From: an uncultured Alphaproteobacteria bacterium | GTDB lineage: Bacteria; Pseudomonadota; Alphaproteobacteria; SP197 | DNA length: 64,000 nucleotides | NCBI GenBank assembly: GCA_943787175.1 | Contig: CALSLK010000021.1 | Location: 9,482 to 73,481 of the forward strand | Direction: 5' to 3' | Translations under genes and position numbers: made by a program | Part shown: positions 10,923 to 22,496 of the stretch, piece after piece | Position numbering within the stretch: the first letter of the stretch is position 1 | Layout: the number at the start of each line of letters is the position of its first letter | The notes under the pieces: generated by a model | Databases searched by the model: none | The model's input: the letters and a program-made list of their open reading frames with translations, nothing else | What the model was told of the DNA's origin: nothing

Positions 10923-13001
10923 TCAGTTACCGAGCACTGCGAGCATCAGCAGAGCAACGATATTGATGATCTTAATCATCGGGTTGATGGCAGGCCCGGC
11001 AGTGTCCTTATAGGGGTCACCGACGGTATCGCCCGTCACAGCCGCATGATGGGCATCAGAGCCCTTACCGCCGTGGTTGCCGTCTTCGATGTACTTCTTG
11101 GCATTATCCCAAGCGCCACCGCCCGAGGTCATCGACAGGGCCACAAACAGACCTGTAACGATGGTACCCAGAAGCATAGCACCCAGCGAAGAGAACGCTG
11201 CTGTCTGGCCGGCAATCGCCCAGATGATCAGATACAGAGCGATCGGAGCAAGGACCGGCAGCATCGACGGGATGATCATCTCCTTGATCGCCGACTTGGT
11301 CAGCAGGTCAACAGCACGGCTGTAATCAGGCTTGCCTGTGCCTTCCATGATGCCAGGGATCTCGCGGAACTGACGACGCACCTCGGTGACCACGGAACCG
11401 GCTGCACGACCGACCGCCTGCATGGCGAGCGAACCGAACAGGTAAGGCAGCATGCCGCCGATGAAGAGGCCGACCACCACATAAGGATCCGACAGCTTGA
11501 AGGTGACATCAAGGTCTGGGAAGTAGTGGGTCAGATCCTCGACATAGGCCGCAAAGAGAACCAGAGCGGCCAGACCGGCAGAACCAATGGCGTAACCCTT
11601 CGTCACGGCCTTGGTTGTGTTGCCCACAGCGTCGAGGGCATCGGTGGTCTTGCGAACGTCAGCAGGCAAATCGGCCATTTCGGCGATACCACCAGCGTTA
11701 TCCGTCACCGGACCGTAGGCATCCAGCGTCACAACAACACCGGCCACGGCCAACATGGTGGTGACGGTAATGGCGATGCCGAAGAGGCCGGCCAGCAGAT
11801 AACCGATGATGATACCAGCAGCGATCACGATGACCGGGGCCGCTGTGGCTTCCATGGAAATCGCCAGACCCTGGATCACGTTGGTGCCGTGACCCGTGGT
11901 CGAGGCCTGCGCGATGATCTTGACCGGACGATACTCCGTGGAGGTGTAATACTCCGTGATGTAGATCAGAAGACCTGTGATCACGAGGCCCAGGACACCA
12001 CAGAAGAACATGCTCCAGCCCGTGAAGGTGATCGCACCAACCGTAAGTTCCGTATTGAGGCCAACCATCACTTCCGTGACCGGAATGAGGAGGATGGCCG
12101 AAATCACCGCCGTAGCAATGAAACCTTTGTAGAGGGCCCACATGATGTTCTGGCTGCCGCCGCTGAGCTTCATGAAGAAGTTGCCAACAACGGTACCCAG
12201 AATGCAGACGCCGCCCAGAACCAGCGGGAAGGCCATCATGGTGGTCTGGGTTTCACCTGTGAAGAAAATCGACGCCAGAAGCATCGTGGCAACAAAGGTC
12301 ACGGCATAGGTCTCAAAGAGATCCGCCGCCATACCAGCGCAGTCACCCACGTTATCGCCAACGTTATCGGCGATCACGGCGGGGTTGCGGGGGTCATCTT
12401 CTGGAATACCAGCTTCAACCTTGCCCACCAGATCGGCGCCGACATCAGCACCCTTGGTGAAGATACCGCCGCCCAGGCGTGCAAAGATTGAAATCAGCGA
12501 GCCACCGAAGCCCAGGGCAACCAGTGCTTCCACAGTCTCGCGCTGCGCAACTCCGATCTCCAGAAGGACGACGTAGTAGCCCGCCACGCCCAACAGGCCC
12601 AGACCGACGACCAGAATGCCCGTGACCGCGCCAGCGTTCACGGCAACATCCAACGCCTTTTCGATGCCTGTCCGCGCAGCTTCAGCCGTACGCACATTGG
12701 CGCGGACCGAAACAAGCATGCCGATGTAACCGGCAGCACCCGAAAGGATGGCGCCAATGGCAAAGCCGATTGCCTGGCTTACGCCAAGAAGAACAATCAG
12801 CACGACGAAGATGACAGCGCCAGCAATTGCAATCGTCAGATACTGACGGTTCAGGTAGGCCTGAGCGCCTTCCTGAATGGCGCCTGCAATTTCCTGCATG
12901 CGCTCGTTACCCGCCGGTGCAGCAACAACCTTACGTACGGCATAGACGCCATAGGCAAGTGCCACCACGCCGCAGGCAATGGCGAAATACAAAGATTCCA
13001 T
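10923..13001 (-). CDS. hppA: membrane-bound proton-translocating pyrophosphatase (K+-insensitive H+-PPase)
   Basis: 692 aa polytopic protein with typical H+-PPase segments ([42 protein letters not shown]). Confidence 0.9.
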   Translation of the reverse strand: MESLYFAIACGVVALAYGVYAVRKVVAAPAGNERMQEIAGAIQEGAQAYLNRQYLTIAIAGAVIFVVLIVLLGVSQAIGFAIGAILSGAAGYIGMLVSVRANVRTAEAARTGIEKALDVAVNAGAVTGILVVGLGLLGVAGYYVVLLEIGVAQRETVEALVALGFGGSLISIFARLGGGIFTKGADVGADLVGKVEAGIPEDDPRNPAVIADNVGDNVGDCAGMAADLFETYAVTFVATMLLASIFFTGETQTTMMAFPLVLGGVCILGTVVGNFFMKLSGGSQNIMWALYKGFIATAVISAILLIPVTEVMVGLNTELTVGAITFTGWSMFFCGVLGLVITGLLIYITEYYTSTEYRPVKIIAQASTTGHGTNVIQGLAISMEATAAPVIVIAAGIIIGYLLAGLFGIAITVTTMLAVAGVVVTLDAYGPVTDNAGGIAEMADLPADVRKTTDALDAVGNTTKAVTKGYAIGSAGLAALVLFAAYVEDLTHYFPDLDVTFKLSDPYVVVGLFIGGMLPYLFGSLAMQAVGRAAGSVVTEVRRQFREIPGIMEGTGKPDYSRAVDLLTKSAIKEMIIPSMLPVLAPIALYLIIWAIAGQTAAFSSLGAMLLGTIVTGLFVALSMTSGGGAWDNAKKYIEDGNHGGKGSDAHHAAVTGDTVGDPYKDTAGPAINPMIKIINIVALLMLAVLGN

Positions 13002-13161
13002 TGTCCGAACTCTCCCCGGAGTGTGGTTAGGCCGGAAGCAGCGCCGACGCGGATGCGCGCCGTCCCCTTGTTCCGACCTTCAAAAGGTGCGCGAACATGC
13101 CAAAAGGAATCGCCAATTTCAATTGCTGCAACGCACAAACAGCCATGAAAACGGGACTAAA

Positions 13162-14163
13162 TTAGCTTCTGTGGCGCCAACCCGCTTCTGAAAGCCTCAA
13201 TTGACGGCCTTTGGGATCAATTACATGGACCCCTTCTCCCGATCTACAGGTTCCGATCACCGTGACAGCAACGCCACATTCACCTGCCATTCCTTCGATC
13301 TCGTTCAGGCTGTCGGGGGCAAACGTGAACAGAAGTTCATAGTCATCCCCTCCTCCCAGAATCACCTGTTGCAAGGTCGGGTCGTGATCCAAGGCTGCCT
13401 GACACCCGGCGGAGAGCGGAATCCGCACCCAGTCGAGATCGATGGCAACATGTGATCGCGAGGCCAGATGTGTCGCATCAGCGACCAGACCATCCGAGAT
13501 ATCCATGGCTGCGTGAGCGAACCCCACCAACGCCGGGCCCAGTTGCGTTCGTGGTTGTGGCAGCCGATATCGATCAGACAGGAATGCAAGGTGATCGCCA
13601 TTCAGGTCACTCAATTCACGACGGATAGCCCGCAGGCCCAGAGCGGCATCACCGATTGTTCCGGTAACCGCAACAAGGTCATCCGGTCTGGCCCCGGTCC
13701 GCACCAGAGACTGGCCCAGGTCAACCTCGCCAAAGGCTGTCAGCGAAAGGGTCAATAGTCCATTTGGAGACGCAATGGTGTCACCGCCCAAAAGGGAAAC
13801 ACCAAACAGATCCTGATCACACCGCAAACCATCAAAGAACGCCCGGAACCAGGACTCATCGCGGCTACCGTCACTGGCCAATCCCAACAGATAGCCCAGG
13901 GGCCTGGCACCCATGGCAGCAAGATCAGACAGATTGACCCGCAACAACTTGCGGGCAATCTGATCAGGGGGATCATCGTGCAGAAAATGGACACCCTCGG
14001 CCATCATGTCTTTGGTGATGACCAGTTCACACCCTGCTCCAGGGACCAGTGTCGCGCCATCATTGGCAAGCCCTTGCGCACCGGGCGCAGTCGCCAACGG
14101 CGCGATCAGCCGATCAATCAGATCGAACTCATCCACCGGCCGCCTTCTCTGGTGTGAATTCAT
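13162..14163 (-). CDS. thiL: thiamine-monophosphate kinase
   Basis: AIR-synthase-related fold; ANDGATL...ITKDMMAEGVHF motif; start taken at MNSHQRR. Confidence 0.8.
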   Translation of the reverse strand: MNSHQRRRPVDEFDLIDRLIAPLATAPGAQGLANDGATLVPGAGCELVITKDMMAEGVHFLHDDPPDQIARKLLRVNLSDLAAMGARPLGYLLGLASDGSRDESWFRAFFDGLRCDQDLFGVSLLGGDTIASPNGLLTLSLTAFGEVDLGQSLVRTGARPDDLVAVTGTIGDAALGLRAIRRELSDLNGDHLAFLSDRYRLPQPRTQLGPALVGFAHAAMDISDGLVADATHLASRSHVAIDLDWVRIPLSAGCQAALDHDPTLQQVILGGGDDYELLFTFAPDSLNEIEGMAGECGVAVTVIGTCRSGEGVHVIDPKGRQLRLSEAGWRHRS

Positions 14164-14632
14164 GAGCTCGAAGGATTCGGGCAAGACGATCAAGAATGGC
14201 GTTCACCATGCCTGGCTCGCCGCGGGCATAGAACGAGTGCGCAATGTCGACATAATCGTTGATAATGACACGTGCGGGCACCTCGGCATTTTCCATGAGC
14301 TCGTGAATTCCCGCTCGCAGAATGGCGCGCATCAGTGCTTCCAGACGCTGCACAGTCCAGCCGGCTGAGAGTGCACCGCCGATCATCTCATCAAGCCGGC
14401 CCTCATCATCAGCAGAAACACCTCTGACGATTGCAGTGATCAGATCATGATCCACATCTACAGTCAGGCCATGCTCGTCGAGGGCCGCACCACGCGCGAT
14501 TCCATTTGCAAGCGCCGAAGCGTATGTCGCGGTCTCCAGGTCGACCTGATAGAGCGCCTGCACCGCAGCCAGCCGCGAGGCGGTGGCCGTACGCCAGGTG
14601 TTTTTCTCGGTTTTCACGTTCTTGTCGGTCAT
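14129..14632 (-). CDS. nusB: transcription antitermination factor NusB
   Basis: 167 aa; conserved nusB-ribH arrangement; AVQALYQVDLETA and NAILDRLAR motifs. Confidence 0.85.
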   Translation of the reverse strand: MTDKNVKTEKNTWRTATASRLAAVQALYQVDLETATYASALANGIARGAALDEHGLTVDVDHDLITAIVRGVSADDEGRLDEMIGGALSAGWTVQRLEALMRAILRAGIHELMENAEVPARVIINDYVDIAHSFYARGEPGMVNAILDRLARILRAHEFTPEKAAGG

Positions 14633-15069
14633 CCGGTGACGCGCAGGGTCGCAGCCAGTTCTACCATCTTGATACAGGCGATCGCTGCTTCACGACCCTT
14701 GTTCTTCTGATCAGGGTCAGCACGCACGATAGCTTGCTGTTCATTCTCAACGGTCAACAGGCCAAATCCGACGGGAGCCATATGACGCATGATGAGGTCG
14801 TTCACGCCGCGCGCGACCTCGTTACAGATATGGTCGTAATGGGAAGTCTCGCCACGAATGACGCAGCCAAGCACCAGGTATCCGTCATATTTTCCCGTCG
14901 CAATTGCCATGCGCAGGCCACCGGGTAGTTCGTAGGCGCCAGCAACCTCTACCCGATCATAGGTAGCGCCCCACCTGTCGAGCTCGGCGATAGCGCCCCG
15001 TGCCAGTTCATCGGTGATGTGAACGTAATAGCGGGCTTCTAGAATCAGAATATGCGGCGTCGTCGCCAT
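14629..15069 (-). CDS. ribH: 6,7-dimethyl-8-ribityllumazine synthase
   Basis: 146 aa; ILILEARYYVHITDEL...LVLGCVIRGETSHYDHICNEVARG. Confidence 0.9.
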   Translation of the reverse strand: MATTPHILILEARYYVHITDELARGAIAELDRWGATYDRVEVAGAYELPGGLRMAIATGKYDGYLVLGCVIRGETSHYDHICNEVARGVNDLIMRHMAPVGFGLLTVENEQQAIVRADPDQKNKGREAAIACIKMVELAATLRVTG

Positions 15070-15095
15070 GTCATGTCCTCGGATCGTGCGTCAAA

Positions 15096-15437
15096 TCAGG
15101 GCCGGTTGGAGAGCTGCAGTGCGTTGCCCTCCGGGTCCTTCCCATCACATAAAAGCAGCGCGCCCGCCACCTTTACCTTGCCGAAATTGGCACCGCGGGC
15201 GTTGAGGGTTTCGCGAACAGCGGCAACATCCTCGCATTGGAAGACAATCTTGGGTGCGCGCGGCGGCGTTCCCAACCGACCTCCCTTGTGCAGAGCAATG
15301 CGACAGCCGCCAGCGTCATACTCGCGCCAGCCTGGGTCAACGGGCTCCAGCAAACTCAACCCCAGAACGTCCTCATAGAACACTGCCAAACGTAGCAGAT
15401 CATTCGCAAAGATGATGACTCGACTGACCGTGAGCAT
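15096..15437 (-). CDS. VOC (glyoxalase/bleomycin-resistance fold) family protein
   Basis: 113 aa small protein with a VOC-like pattern, inserted between ribE and ribH. Confidence 0.5.
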   Translation of the reverse strand: MLTVSRVIIFANDLLRLAVFYEDVLGLSLLEPVDPGWREYDAGGCRIALHKGGRLGTPPRAPKIVFQCEDVAAVRETLNARGANFGKVKVAGALLLCDGKDPEGNALQLSNRP

Positions 15438-15450
15438 CTTCCGTCCAGCG

Positions 15451-16065
15451 TCAGTTCTTCACCCCATGCCGCGACGACAACATGCGTTGCATGTAGCGCG
15501 CCAGCATGTCGATCTCGAGATTGACTGCATCACCCGACTTGAGATCACCGAAGGTGGTTACCTCCTGGGTATGGGGAATGATGTTGATACCAAACCTGCA
15601 ACCTGCGTCATCATCTTCGACAGAATTCACGGTCAGCGAGACGCCGTTGATTGCGATCGACCCTTTCTCGGCAACAAAGGGCGCGACTTCAGCAGGTGCT
15701 TGAAAGACAAATCGTACGGAATCGCCTTCACGTTCGAGCACCTCGACGGAACCCACAGCGTCAACATGACCAGAGACAAGGTGGCCTCCCAGTTCATCGC
15801 CCATAGCAAGAGAGCGTTCCAGATTGATGCGCGTGCCGACACTCCAGGATGCCAGGCTGGAGCGGTCGAGTGTTTCAGCGGAAACATCAACGGCAAACCA
15901 ATCAGCGCCCTTCTCGACAACCGTCAGACAGACGCCCGAACAAGCAATCGAGGCACCGATATCGATACCGTCGGTCGCATAACTCGTTTCAATCTCGAAG
16001 CGCGTATCACCGCGCTGTTCGAGCGCACGAACGGCGCCGATATCAGTCACGATACCCGTAAACAT
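15451..16065 (-). CDS. ribE: riboflavin synthase (alpha subunit)
   Basis: 204 aa; MFTGIV...SIACSGVCLTV...GHLVSGHVD; duplicated lumazine-binding repeats. Confidence 0.9.
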   Translation of the reverse strand: MFTGIVTDIGAVRALEQRGDTRFEIETSYATDGIDIGASIACSGVCLTVVEKGADWFAVDVSAETLDRSSLASWSVGTRINLERSLAMGDELGGHLVSGHVDAVGSVEVLEREGDSVRFVFQAPAEVAPFVAEKGSIAINGVSLTVNSVEDDDAGCRFGINIIPHTQEVTTFGDLKSGDAVNLEIDMLARYMQRMLSSRHGVKN

Positions 16066-16081
16066 GAACCTTCATCCTCTC

Positions 16082-17162
16082 TCATCGTAGGGCACTCAAC
16101 ATGACAAGGTTGTCATCCTGCCATGACCGGCGCGCCATCACACGCCACCGCGCAGCATCACTGACCTTTTCGATCCCAAGTCCTGCAACCGAAGCCAAAC
16201 CTTCCTCACCGATCATCATGGGAGCGGCAAACCAGGCCAATCGGTCGACAAGTTCTTCACGCAGCAAGCCTGTTGCCAGGGCAGCGCCCCCCTCAACAAG
16301 CAGGCGCGTCACCCCTTGTTCCCCTAGGCCCGACAACACGGCATCGAGAACGAGGCGACCATCAGGCCCGCGTCGCACTTCCATGACCTCTGCTCCGACA
16401 TCCTCAAGGGCTTTGCGGCGGGATGTATCGCAGGCTTCACCACAGACAACCCAGGTTGGAACGTCCCGTGCGGTTTTTGCCAGATTCGAGTTGGTCGCCA
16501 GACGCAATCCGCTGTCGACCACGATCCGGGTTGGCGAGGCCGTTTCAAGACCAGGCAGCCGACAGGTCAGTGACGGGTCATCAGCCAATGCCGTTCCGCT
16601 GCCCACCATGATGGCGTCATGGCTGACGCGCAGCAGGTGCCCAAAGCGCCGCGCCGGCTCTCCTGTAATCCACTTTGAATCGCCAGAATGTGCAGCTGTG
16701 CGTCCATCAAGGCTTGCAGCAACCTTAAGGGTGACCAGAGGTCGCCCCCTGACTACGCGCGACAAAAAACCAGCCTGCTGATCCCTGGCTGCATCATCAA
16801 GGACTCCAACATCAACTCCGATGCCAGCCTTGCGCAACATCTCAATGCCCGAACCCGATGTGCGCGGATCCGGATCTTCCAAAGCCACCACAACACGCGC
16901 GACTCCGGCAGCGATCAATGCATCGCAACAGGGAGGTGTCTGTCCGTGATGGGCACATGGCTCCAGAGTGACATAGGCAGTGGCCCCACGCGCCGCCTCT
17001 CCTGCCTGAATAAGTGCCTGCGTTTCAGCATGCGGACGCCCGCCTTGTGCGGTAACCCCGCGCCCGACAACCCTGCCATCCCTGATCAACACGCAGCCGA
17101 CGGAGGGGATTGGGCCAGGTCCGGCCCAGACCACGATCTGCCAGAACGAGCGCAGCCGCCAT
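16082..17162 (-). CDS. ribD: bifunctional riboflavin biosynthesis deaminase/reductase RibD, with an apparent +1 frameshift in a C/G4 run at 17105-17108
   Basis: The N-terminus MAAALVLADRGLGRTWPNP is in one frame and SVGCVLIRDG...HAETQAL...EPCAHHGQTPPC continues in another. Removing one C in CCCC rejoins them. Confidence 0.8.
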
Positions 17163-17178
17163 GTGGCGGCAATCGGTT

Positions 17179-17670
17179 TCAGTCGTCGTAGCGGTTGGCA
17201 CCGACACCGACACTGGGCTCATCGCCATCAAGTTTTTCGATAAACTGTTCGAAATCCTTAGCTTCGCGGAAATTTCGATAGACCGAGGCAAACCGGACAT
17301 AAGCAACCGGATCAAGGTTGGCCAGGCCATCCATCACCATCTCGCCCACGACACTGGACGGAATCTCGGCTTCGCCCATGCTCTCCAGGCGGCGTTGAAT
17401 ACCTGAAACCAGACGCTCAACCCGCTCAGGGTCAACCGGACGTTTCCGGATTGCAATCTCGATGGACCGCGCCAGCTTGTCGCGATCAAACGGCGCACGA
17501 CTGCCCGTCTTCTTCACGACCGTGAGGTCACGAAGCTGAATGCGTTCAAACGTCGTAAAACGTCCACTGCAATTCAGGCATTGACGCCGCCTTCGGATTG
17601 TCGCGCCGTCTTCGGTCGGACGCGAATCCTTGACCTGTGTTTCTTCGTGTCCGCAGAAGGGGCAACGCAT
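17179..17670 (-). CDS. nrdR: transcriptional repressor NrdR
   Basis: [42 protein letters not shown] zinc ribbon plus ATP-cone. Confidence 0.9.
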   Translation of the reverse strand: MRCPFCGHEETQVKDSRPTEDGATIRRRRQCLNCSGRFTTFERIQLRDLTVVKKTGSRAPFDRDKLARSIEIAIRKRPVDPERVERLVSGIQRRLESMGEAEIPSSVVGEMVMDGLANLDPVAYVRFASVYRNFREAKDFEQFIEKLDGDEPSVGVGANRYDD

Positions 17671-17681
17671 CTTAGCCTCAC

Positions 17682-19016
17682 TTAACCCAGGTTCATGCCT
17701 TGATAGACCGGAAATCTGTGACACAGATCCAGGACCTTTTCAGCAACCACTTGTTCGGTCTTGCTGTTGTCCTCCGGATTGACCGCAAGACCATCCAGCA
17801 GTTCAACAATCAAGGCACCGACTTCCCGGAACTCCTTAACACCGAACCCGCGGGTCGTGCCGGCAGGTGTGCCCAGGCGAATGCCTGACGTCACCATAGG
17901 CTTTTCAGGATCGAAGGGAATGGCGTTCTTATTGCAGGTGATGCGCGCGCGATCGAGGCTCTTGTCGGCAATGTTGCCGGTCAGCCCTTTGGGGCGCAGA
18001 TCGACCAGCATCAGATGCGTGTCGGTTCCACCTGAAGAAATTGCCAGTCCACCTTCAACCAGGGACTCGGCAAGCGCGTGAGCATTGTCGACCACGGCCT
18101 GTGAGTAGTTCTTGAATTCCGGGTCCAGTGCCTCACCCAGCATGACGGCCTTTGCGGCGATGACATGCATCAGCGGGCCACCCTGAAGGCCGGGGAAAAC
18201 AGCCGAATTGAATTTCTTGCCCAGAGCTTCATCGTTGCAAAGAATCATGCCGCCGCGAGGACCGCGCAAGGTCTTGTGAGTCGTGGTCGTGCAGACATGA
18301 GCATGCGGCAGCGGACTTGGATGCACGCCGGCGGCAACCAGACCGGCAAAGTGCGCCATGTCGACCATCAGATAAGCGCCGACCTTGTCAGCAATCTCAC
18401 GCATACGCGGGAAGTCGATAATGCGGGGATAGGCAGAACCACCGGCAACAATCAGCTTGGGCTTGTTGTCGACGGCTAGCTTCTCCAACTCGTCGTAGTC
18501 GATCTGGTGGGTGTCTTCGCGCACGCCATAACCCACGGCGTTAAACCACTTGCCGGAAATATTGGGGCCCGCGCCATGTGTCAGATGGCCGCCATGTGCC
18601 AACGACATGCCCAGGATTGTGTCGCCAGGCTGAAGCAGTGCCAGGAAGACCGCGCCATTGGCCTGTGCGCCAGAATGAGGCTGGACGTTGACGAAGTTGC
18701 AGTCGAACAGCTTCTTCGCACGATCGATTGCAAGCTGCTCCACGACATCAACGTACTCGCAGCCCCCATAGTAACGGCGGCCGGGGTAACCTTCGGCATA
18801 CTTGTTGGTGAGAATCGTGCCCTGGGCTTCCATCACCGCCGTCGAGACGATGTTCTCCGAAGCAATCAGTTCGATCTGATCCTGCTGACGGCGCAATTCG
18901 CCTTTGATCGCGTCCAGCACATCAGGATCGCTATCACTAAGGCGGCGGGTAAAGAAATCGCTGGCAGTGTGGGTCTGTGCCGCAACGGACATGGCTTGAT
19001 ACTCCAAGGAAGACAA
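17682..19016 (-). CDS. glyA: serine hydroxymethyltransferase
   Basis: 444 aa; PLP site context [16 protein letters not shown]. Confidence 0.95.
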   Translation of the reverse strand: MSSLEYQAMSVAAQTHTASDFFTRRLSDSDPDVLDAIKGELRRQQDQIELIASENIVSTAVMEAQGTILTNKYAEGYPGRRYYGGCEYVDVVEQLAIDRAKKLFDCNFVNVQPHSGAQANGAVFLALLQPGDTILGMSLAHGGHLTHGAGPNISGKWFNAVGYGVREDTHQIDYDELEKLAVDNKPKLIVAGGSAYPRIIDFPRMREIADKVGAYLMVDMAHFAGLVAAGVHPSPLPHAHVCTTTTHKTLRGPRGGMILCNDEALGKKFNSAVFPGLQGGPLMHVIAAKAVMLGEALDPEFKNYSQAVVDNAHALAESLVEGGLAISSGGTDTHLMLVDLRPKGLTGNIADKSLDRARITCNKNAIPFDPEKPMVTSGIRLGTPAGTTRGFGVKEFREVGALIVELLDGLAVNPEDNSKTEQVVAEKVLDLCHRFPVYQGMNLG

Positions 19017-19032
19017 ACTGGTGGCGTGCCTT

Positions 19033-19485
19033 CTAGCGCGAAGCAGAAGGCCGCGACAACTTGTCTACTCGCCGTTGATGGCGTCCGCCTTCAAACGACG
19101 TTTCAAGGAACACTTTGAGACAATCTTTCGCTGTTTCGACACCAATCAGTCTTTCCCCCAGTGCCAGAACATTGGCATCGTTGTGCAGACGACTCATCCT
19201 GGCAGACGTTACGTCATGGCAAACCGCAGCGCGGATGGCGGCATGGCGGTTTGCTGCAATGGATATCCCGATCCCGGTTCCACACACCAGAACGCCCAGG
19301 TCAGCGTCACCGGCAGACAGACAACGGGCCAGTTCGTCGCCAAAATCGGGATAATCGACGGAATCCGTACTATCAGTCCCGAGATCAACAACGTCGTGCC
19401 CCCATTCAATCAGAACTTTGGAAAGTTCAGTCTTGAGAGAAAATCCAGCGTGATCGGAAGCAAGTGCAATCCTGGAGCTCGTCAC
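19033..19485 (-). CDS. rpiB: ribose-5-phosphate isomerase B
   Basis: 150 aa; [10 protein letters not shown]...[16 protein letters not shown]. Confidence 0.85.
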   Translation of the reverse strand: MTSSRIALASDHAGFSLKTELSKVLIEWGHDVVDLGTDSTDSVDYPDFGDELARCLSAGDADLGVLVCGTGIGISIAANRHAAIRAAVCHDVTSARMSRLHNDANVLALGERLIGVETAKDCLKVFLETSFEGGRHQRRVDKLSRPSASR

Positions 19486-19686
19486 TCCGCACCCCCTACA
19501 TCGGGCGTTTCGGGAGGCATTTGCCTACCACAGGCGGGACAACGAGGCCAGTGAAGGCTGGCAACGAAAAAACAAATCACTGTTTGAGCAGCAAGTTAAA
19601 AGAAATGATTGAACCCTTGGCCTCCACTTGTATTTCAAGAACAGAATCGTTATCTAGAGCGCACAACAACAAATTGGTTAAGAAGA

Positions 19687-20105
19687 TGAATGAAGAAGAC
19701 GCCATGAATGCACTATCACGTGCAGAACTTCTTGAAATGACAACCGAAATCGTCTCGGCCTATGTCAGTAACAATACAGCTGACAGTTCCATGGTTCCGA
19801 CCCTGATCGATAGTGTTTACCGCGCACTTGCCGGTCAATCCGAGGCGGTCACACCTTCATCAGACCCCGGAAGTCCGGCTGTTTCGATCAAGCGTTCGGT
19901 CAAGGACGATCACATCGTCTGTCTCGATTGCGGTCGCAAACTCAAGACACTGAAGCGCCATCTGCGCTCAGAGCACGACCTTTCGCCAGCCGACTACCGG
20001 GCCAAGTGGAGTCTTGCTTCCGACTATCCGATGGTTGCTCCGAACTACTCCAAGGCGCGTTCGAACTTCGCAAAGCAGATTGGACTGGGCCGCACCGGCG
20101 GTTAA
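19687..20105 (+). CDS. mucR: MucR/Ros family transcriptional regulator (C2H2-type zinc finger)
   Basis: Start taken at MNEEDAMN; C-terminal zinc finger CLDCGRKLKTLKRHLRSEH; AT-rich upstream region. Confidence 0.8.
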
Positions 20106-20126
20106 GTCTTGGACGCATGCATTTCT

Positions 20127-20166
20127 GAAAAGCCGGTTGGCCTATTGGTCAGCCGGCTTTTTCTTT
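20127..20166. terminator. rho-independent terminator after mucR (also faces the convergent ABC-transporter operon)
   Basis: Hairpin AGCCGG-TTGGCCTATTGGTC-AGCCGGCT followed by TTTTTCTTT. Confidence 0.6.
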
Positions 20167-20170
20167 GGCT

Positions 20171-21484
20171 CTAGCGGCGCACAGGCTCGGGTATCAGGCC
20201 ACGCGGTGCAAACCTGAGCGCCAACAGCAGGATCAGTCCCATGACACAGAGTCGCATATAGGCGGCACCTTGCAGCAGGTGTGCTCTCAGGGCGCTTTCA
20301 GGCGAAAGCCCTGAGGTTATGAAATCCATGAGCCAGAGTCCTGCCGGTTCGGCTTCGATCCAGATAAACCAGATGAAGAACCCGCCCAGAACAGCACCCC
20401 AATTGTTTCCAGATCCTCCCACGATCACCATGACCCAGATCAGGAAGGTGAAACGAAGGGGTTGATAGGTACCCGGCGTAAACTGACCGTCCAGCGTCGT
20501 CAGCATGGCACCTGCGACGCCCATGACCGCCCCGCCAATCACAAAGATCTCCAGGTGGCGGCGCGTCACGTTCTTGCCCATCGCTTCGGCCGACACTTCG
20601 TTGTCGCGAATTGCACGCATCATGCGCCCCCAGGGCGAGTGCAACGCCTTCTGGGCCAGCACCATGATGACCACCAGAACAGCCAGGAACAAACCGGCAT
20701 AACAGAGCTTCACAAGGATCGTCGAAGCCTCGACCGTTTCCATGCCGATTGCATGAGCCCTGGATTCGAACTGTGCTGAAGCCTGCAATTCCACTTCATA
20801 GGGAACCGGCCGTTCAAGCCCGGAAACATTCTTGACGCCACGGGCAAGCCAGTCCTCGTTTTTCAGGACCGCCAGGATAATCTCTGCAATGCCCAGGGTA
20901 GCAATCGCCAGATAGTCGGCACGCAAGCCCAGGGCGATCTTGGCAATGAGCCAGGCAGCGCCTGCGGCCACCAGACCACCGACCGGCCAGGCCAGAAGAA
21001 TAGGCAATCCAAGCCCGCCGAGATAACCGGTCTTTGCAGGATTGACGTCCTCGATGGCATCGGCTGCAGGATCAAAGAAGACCCGAATGAGACCATAGCC
21101 ACATAACAGCACAACCAGCGTGAGGATAATGCGCAAACCTCCCGATGGAACCAGCCGGCGAACGCCCAGGACGGCCAGAACCGTCCCGATCAGCATGGCC
21201 AGCGTCCAGAGCATGTCCCAGCCGCCTGCTGTCCAGGCCTCCTGGATCGGTGGCATGGAAACCAGAACTGCCGCAACGCCGCCCAAGGCTGCAAAGCCCA
21301 TCACACCAACATTGAAAAGGCCGGCATAACCCCACTGCATGTTGAGGCCCAAGGCCATGATGGAGGAGATCAGGCAAAGGTTGATGATCGACAGGGCTAC
21401 AGACCAGGACTGGCCAAAACCCACGATCATGAGCAGAGCCGCCATAATCGCAAAACAGATGGGGCCGCGCATGGAAGACGTCAT
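20171..21484 (-). CDS. branched-chain amino acid ABC transporter permease (LivM-like)
   Basis: 437 aa polytopic HAAT-family permease in an operon with LivH/G/F-like genes. Confidence 0.75.
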   Translation of the reverse strand: MTSSMRGPICFAIMAALLMIVGFGQSWSVALSIINLCLISSIMALGLNMQWGYAGLFNVGVMGFAALGGVAAVLVSMPPIQEAWTAGGWDMLWTLAMLIGTVLAVLGVRRLVPSGGLRIILTLVVLLCGYGLIRVFFDPAADAIEDVNPAKTGYLGGLGLPILLAWPVGGLVAAGAAWLIAKIALGLRADYLAIATLGIAEIILAVLKNEDWLARGVKNVSGLERPVPYEVELQASAQFESRAHAIGMETVEASTILVKLCYAGLFLAVLVVIMVLAQKALHSPWGRMMRAIRDNEVSAEAMGKNVTRRHLEIFVIGGAVMGVAGAMLTTLDGQFTPGTYQPLRFTFLIWVMVIVGGSGNNWGAVLGGFFIWFIWIEAEPAGLWLMDFITSGLSPESALRAHLLQGAAYMRLCVMGLILLLALRFAPRGLIPEPVRR

Positions 21485-22494
21485 AGGACCTTGCCCTTGA
21501 AGATGCCGGTAGGACGGACAAGCAGAACAACCACCAGAATGACAAAGCTGACCGCAAACTTGTATTCGGTCGAAAGCAGTTGCACGAGGCTTTCAGGCTC
21601 CCAGCTCTCGGGCACGATATAGATCAGGAACTTCTTGTAGGCATAGGTCACCGTGACTTCAGAAAACGCGATGACGTAGCCACCAACGACGGCGCCAACT
21701 GGGTGGCCGATACCACCAACGATCGCAGCCGCAAAGATGGGCAACAAGAGCTGGAAGTAGGTGAAAGGTTTGAAGCTCTTATCAAGGCCATAGAGCGTGC
21801 CGGCGATGGTTGCCAGCGAGCCGGCAATCACCCAGGCAACGATCACCACCCTGTCAGGGCTGACGCCCGACAGCAGAGCAAGATCCTCATTGTCGGAATA
21901 GGCACGCATGGCCTTGCCGGTGCGCGATTTCTGAAGAAACCAGAACAGCGCAATGACCACGACAAACGTGACCGCAATCGTCAGGCCCTGGCTCAACTTC
22001 AGGGCAAGGCCTTCGTTGAGCCCGGTTGCTTCCTTGAACTCACGCGCTTTGATCAGAAATCTTGCGCCGTCACCAAACTCACGGTCGTTCGGACCGATGA
22101 TGACGCGCACAAGACCATTCATCAGAAACATGACGCCAATCGAGACGATGACAAAGATGACGGCGGGACTCTTGTTGCGTCTGTAAAAGCGATAAACAAA
22201 GCGGTCCGACAACAGGCTGATTGCAATCGCCGCAGCCATGCCGAATGGCAACGCCAGCAACGCCGTGGGCAACGGGTCAATACCAACGCCAATACTCTGG
22301 AGCCACCATGTAATCAGGATCACGAACATGGTCCCGAAGGCCATCAGATCGCCATGAGCGAAATTGGCAAACCGGAGAATGCTGTAAATCAATGTGACGC
22401 CCAAAGCGCCCAATGCGAGTTGAGATCCGTAGGCCATGCCCGGGATCAGCACGAAGTTCGAGAACAGGACGATGGCGTTGATGAGACCTTCCAT
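21481..22494 (-). CDS. branched-chain amino acid ABC transporter permease (LivH-like)
   Basis: 337 aa HAAT permease. Confidence 0.75.
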   Translation of the reverse strand: MEGLINAIVLFSNFVLIPGMAYGSQLALGALGVTLIYSILRFANFAHGDLMAFGTMFVILITWWLQSIGVGIDPLPTALLALPFGMAAAIAISLLSDRFVYRFYRRNKSPAVIFVIVSIGVMFLMNGLVRVIIGPNDREFGDGARFLIKAREFKEATGLNEGLALKLSQGLTIAVTFVVVIALFWFLQKSRTGKAMRAYSDNEDLALLSGVSPDRVVIVAWVIAGSLATIAGTLYGLDKSFKPFTYFQLLLPIFAAAIVGGIGHPVGAVVGGYVIAFSEVTVTYAYKKFLIYIVPESWEPESLVQLLSTEYKFAVSFVILVVVLLVRPTGIFKGKVL

Positions 22495-22496
22495 CG

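Noticed and set aside
10812-12491. 559-aa plus-strand ORF antisense to hppA
   Set aside because: Arg/His/Gly-rich low-complexity translation, typical of the antisense frame of a GC-rich gene. The minus-strand H+-PPase is unambiguous.
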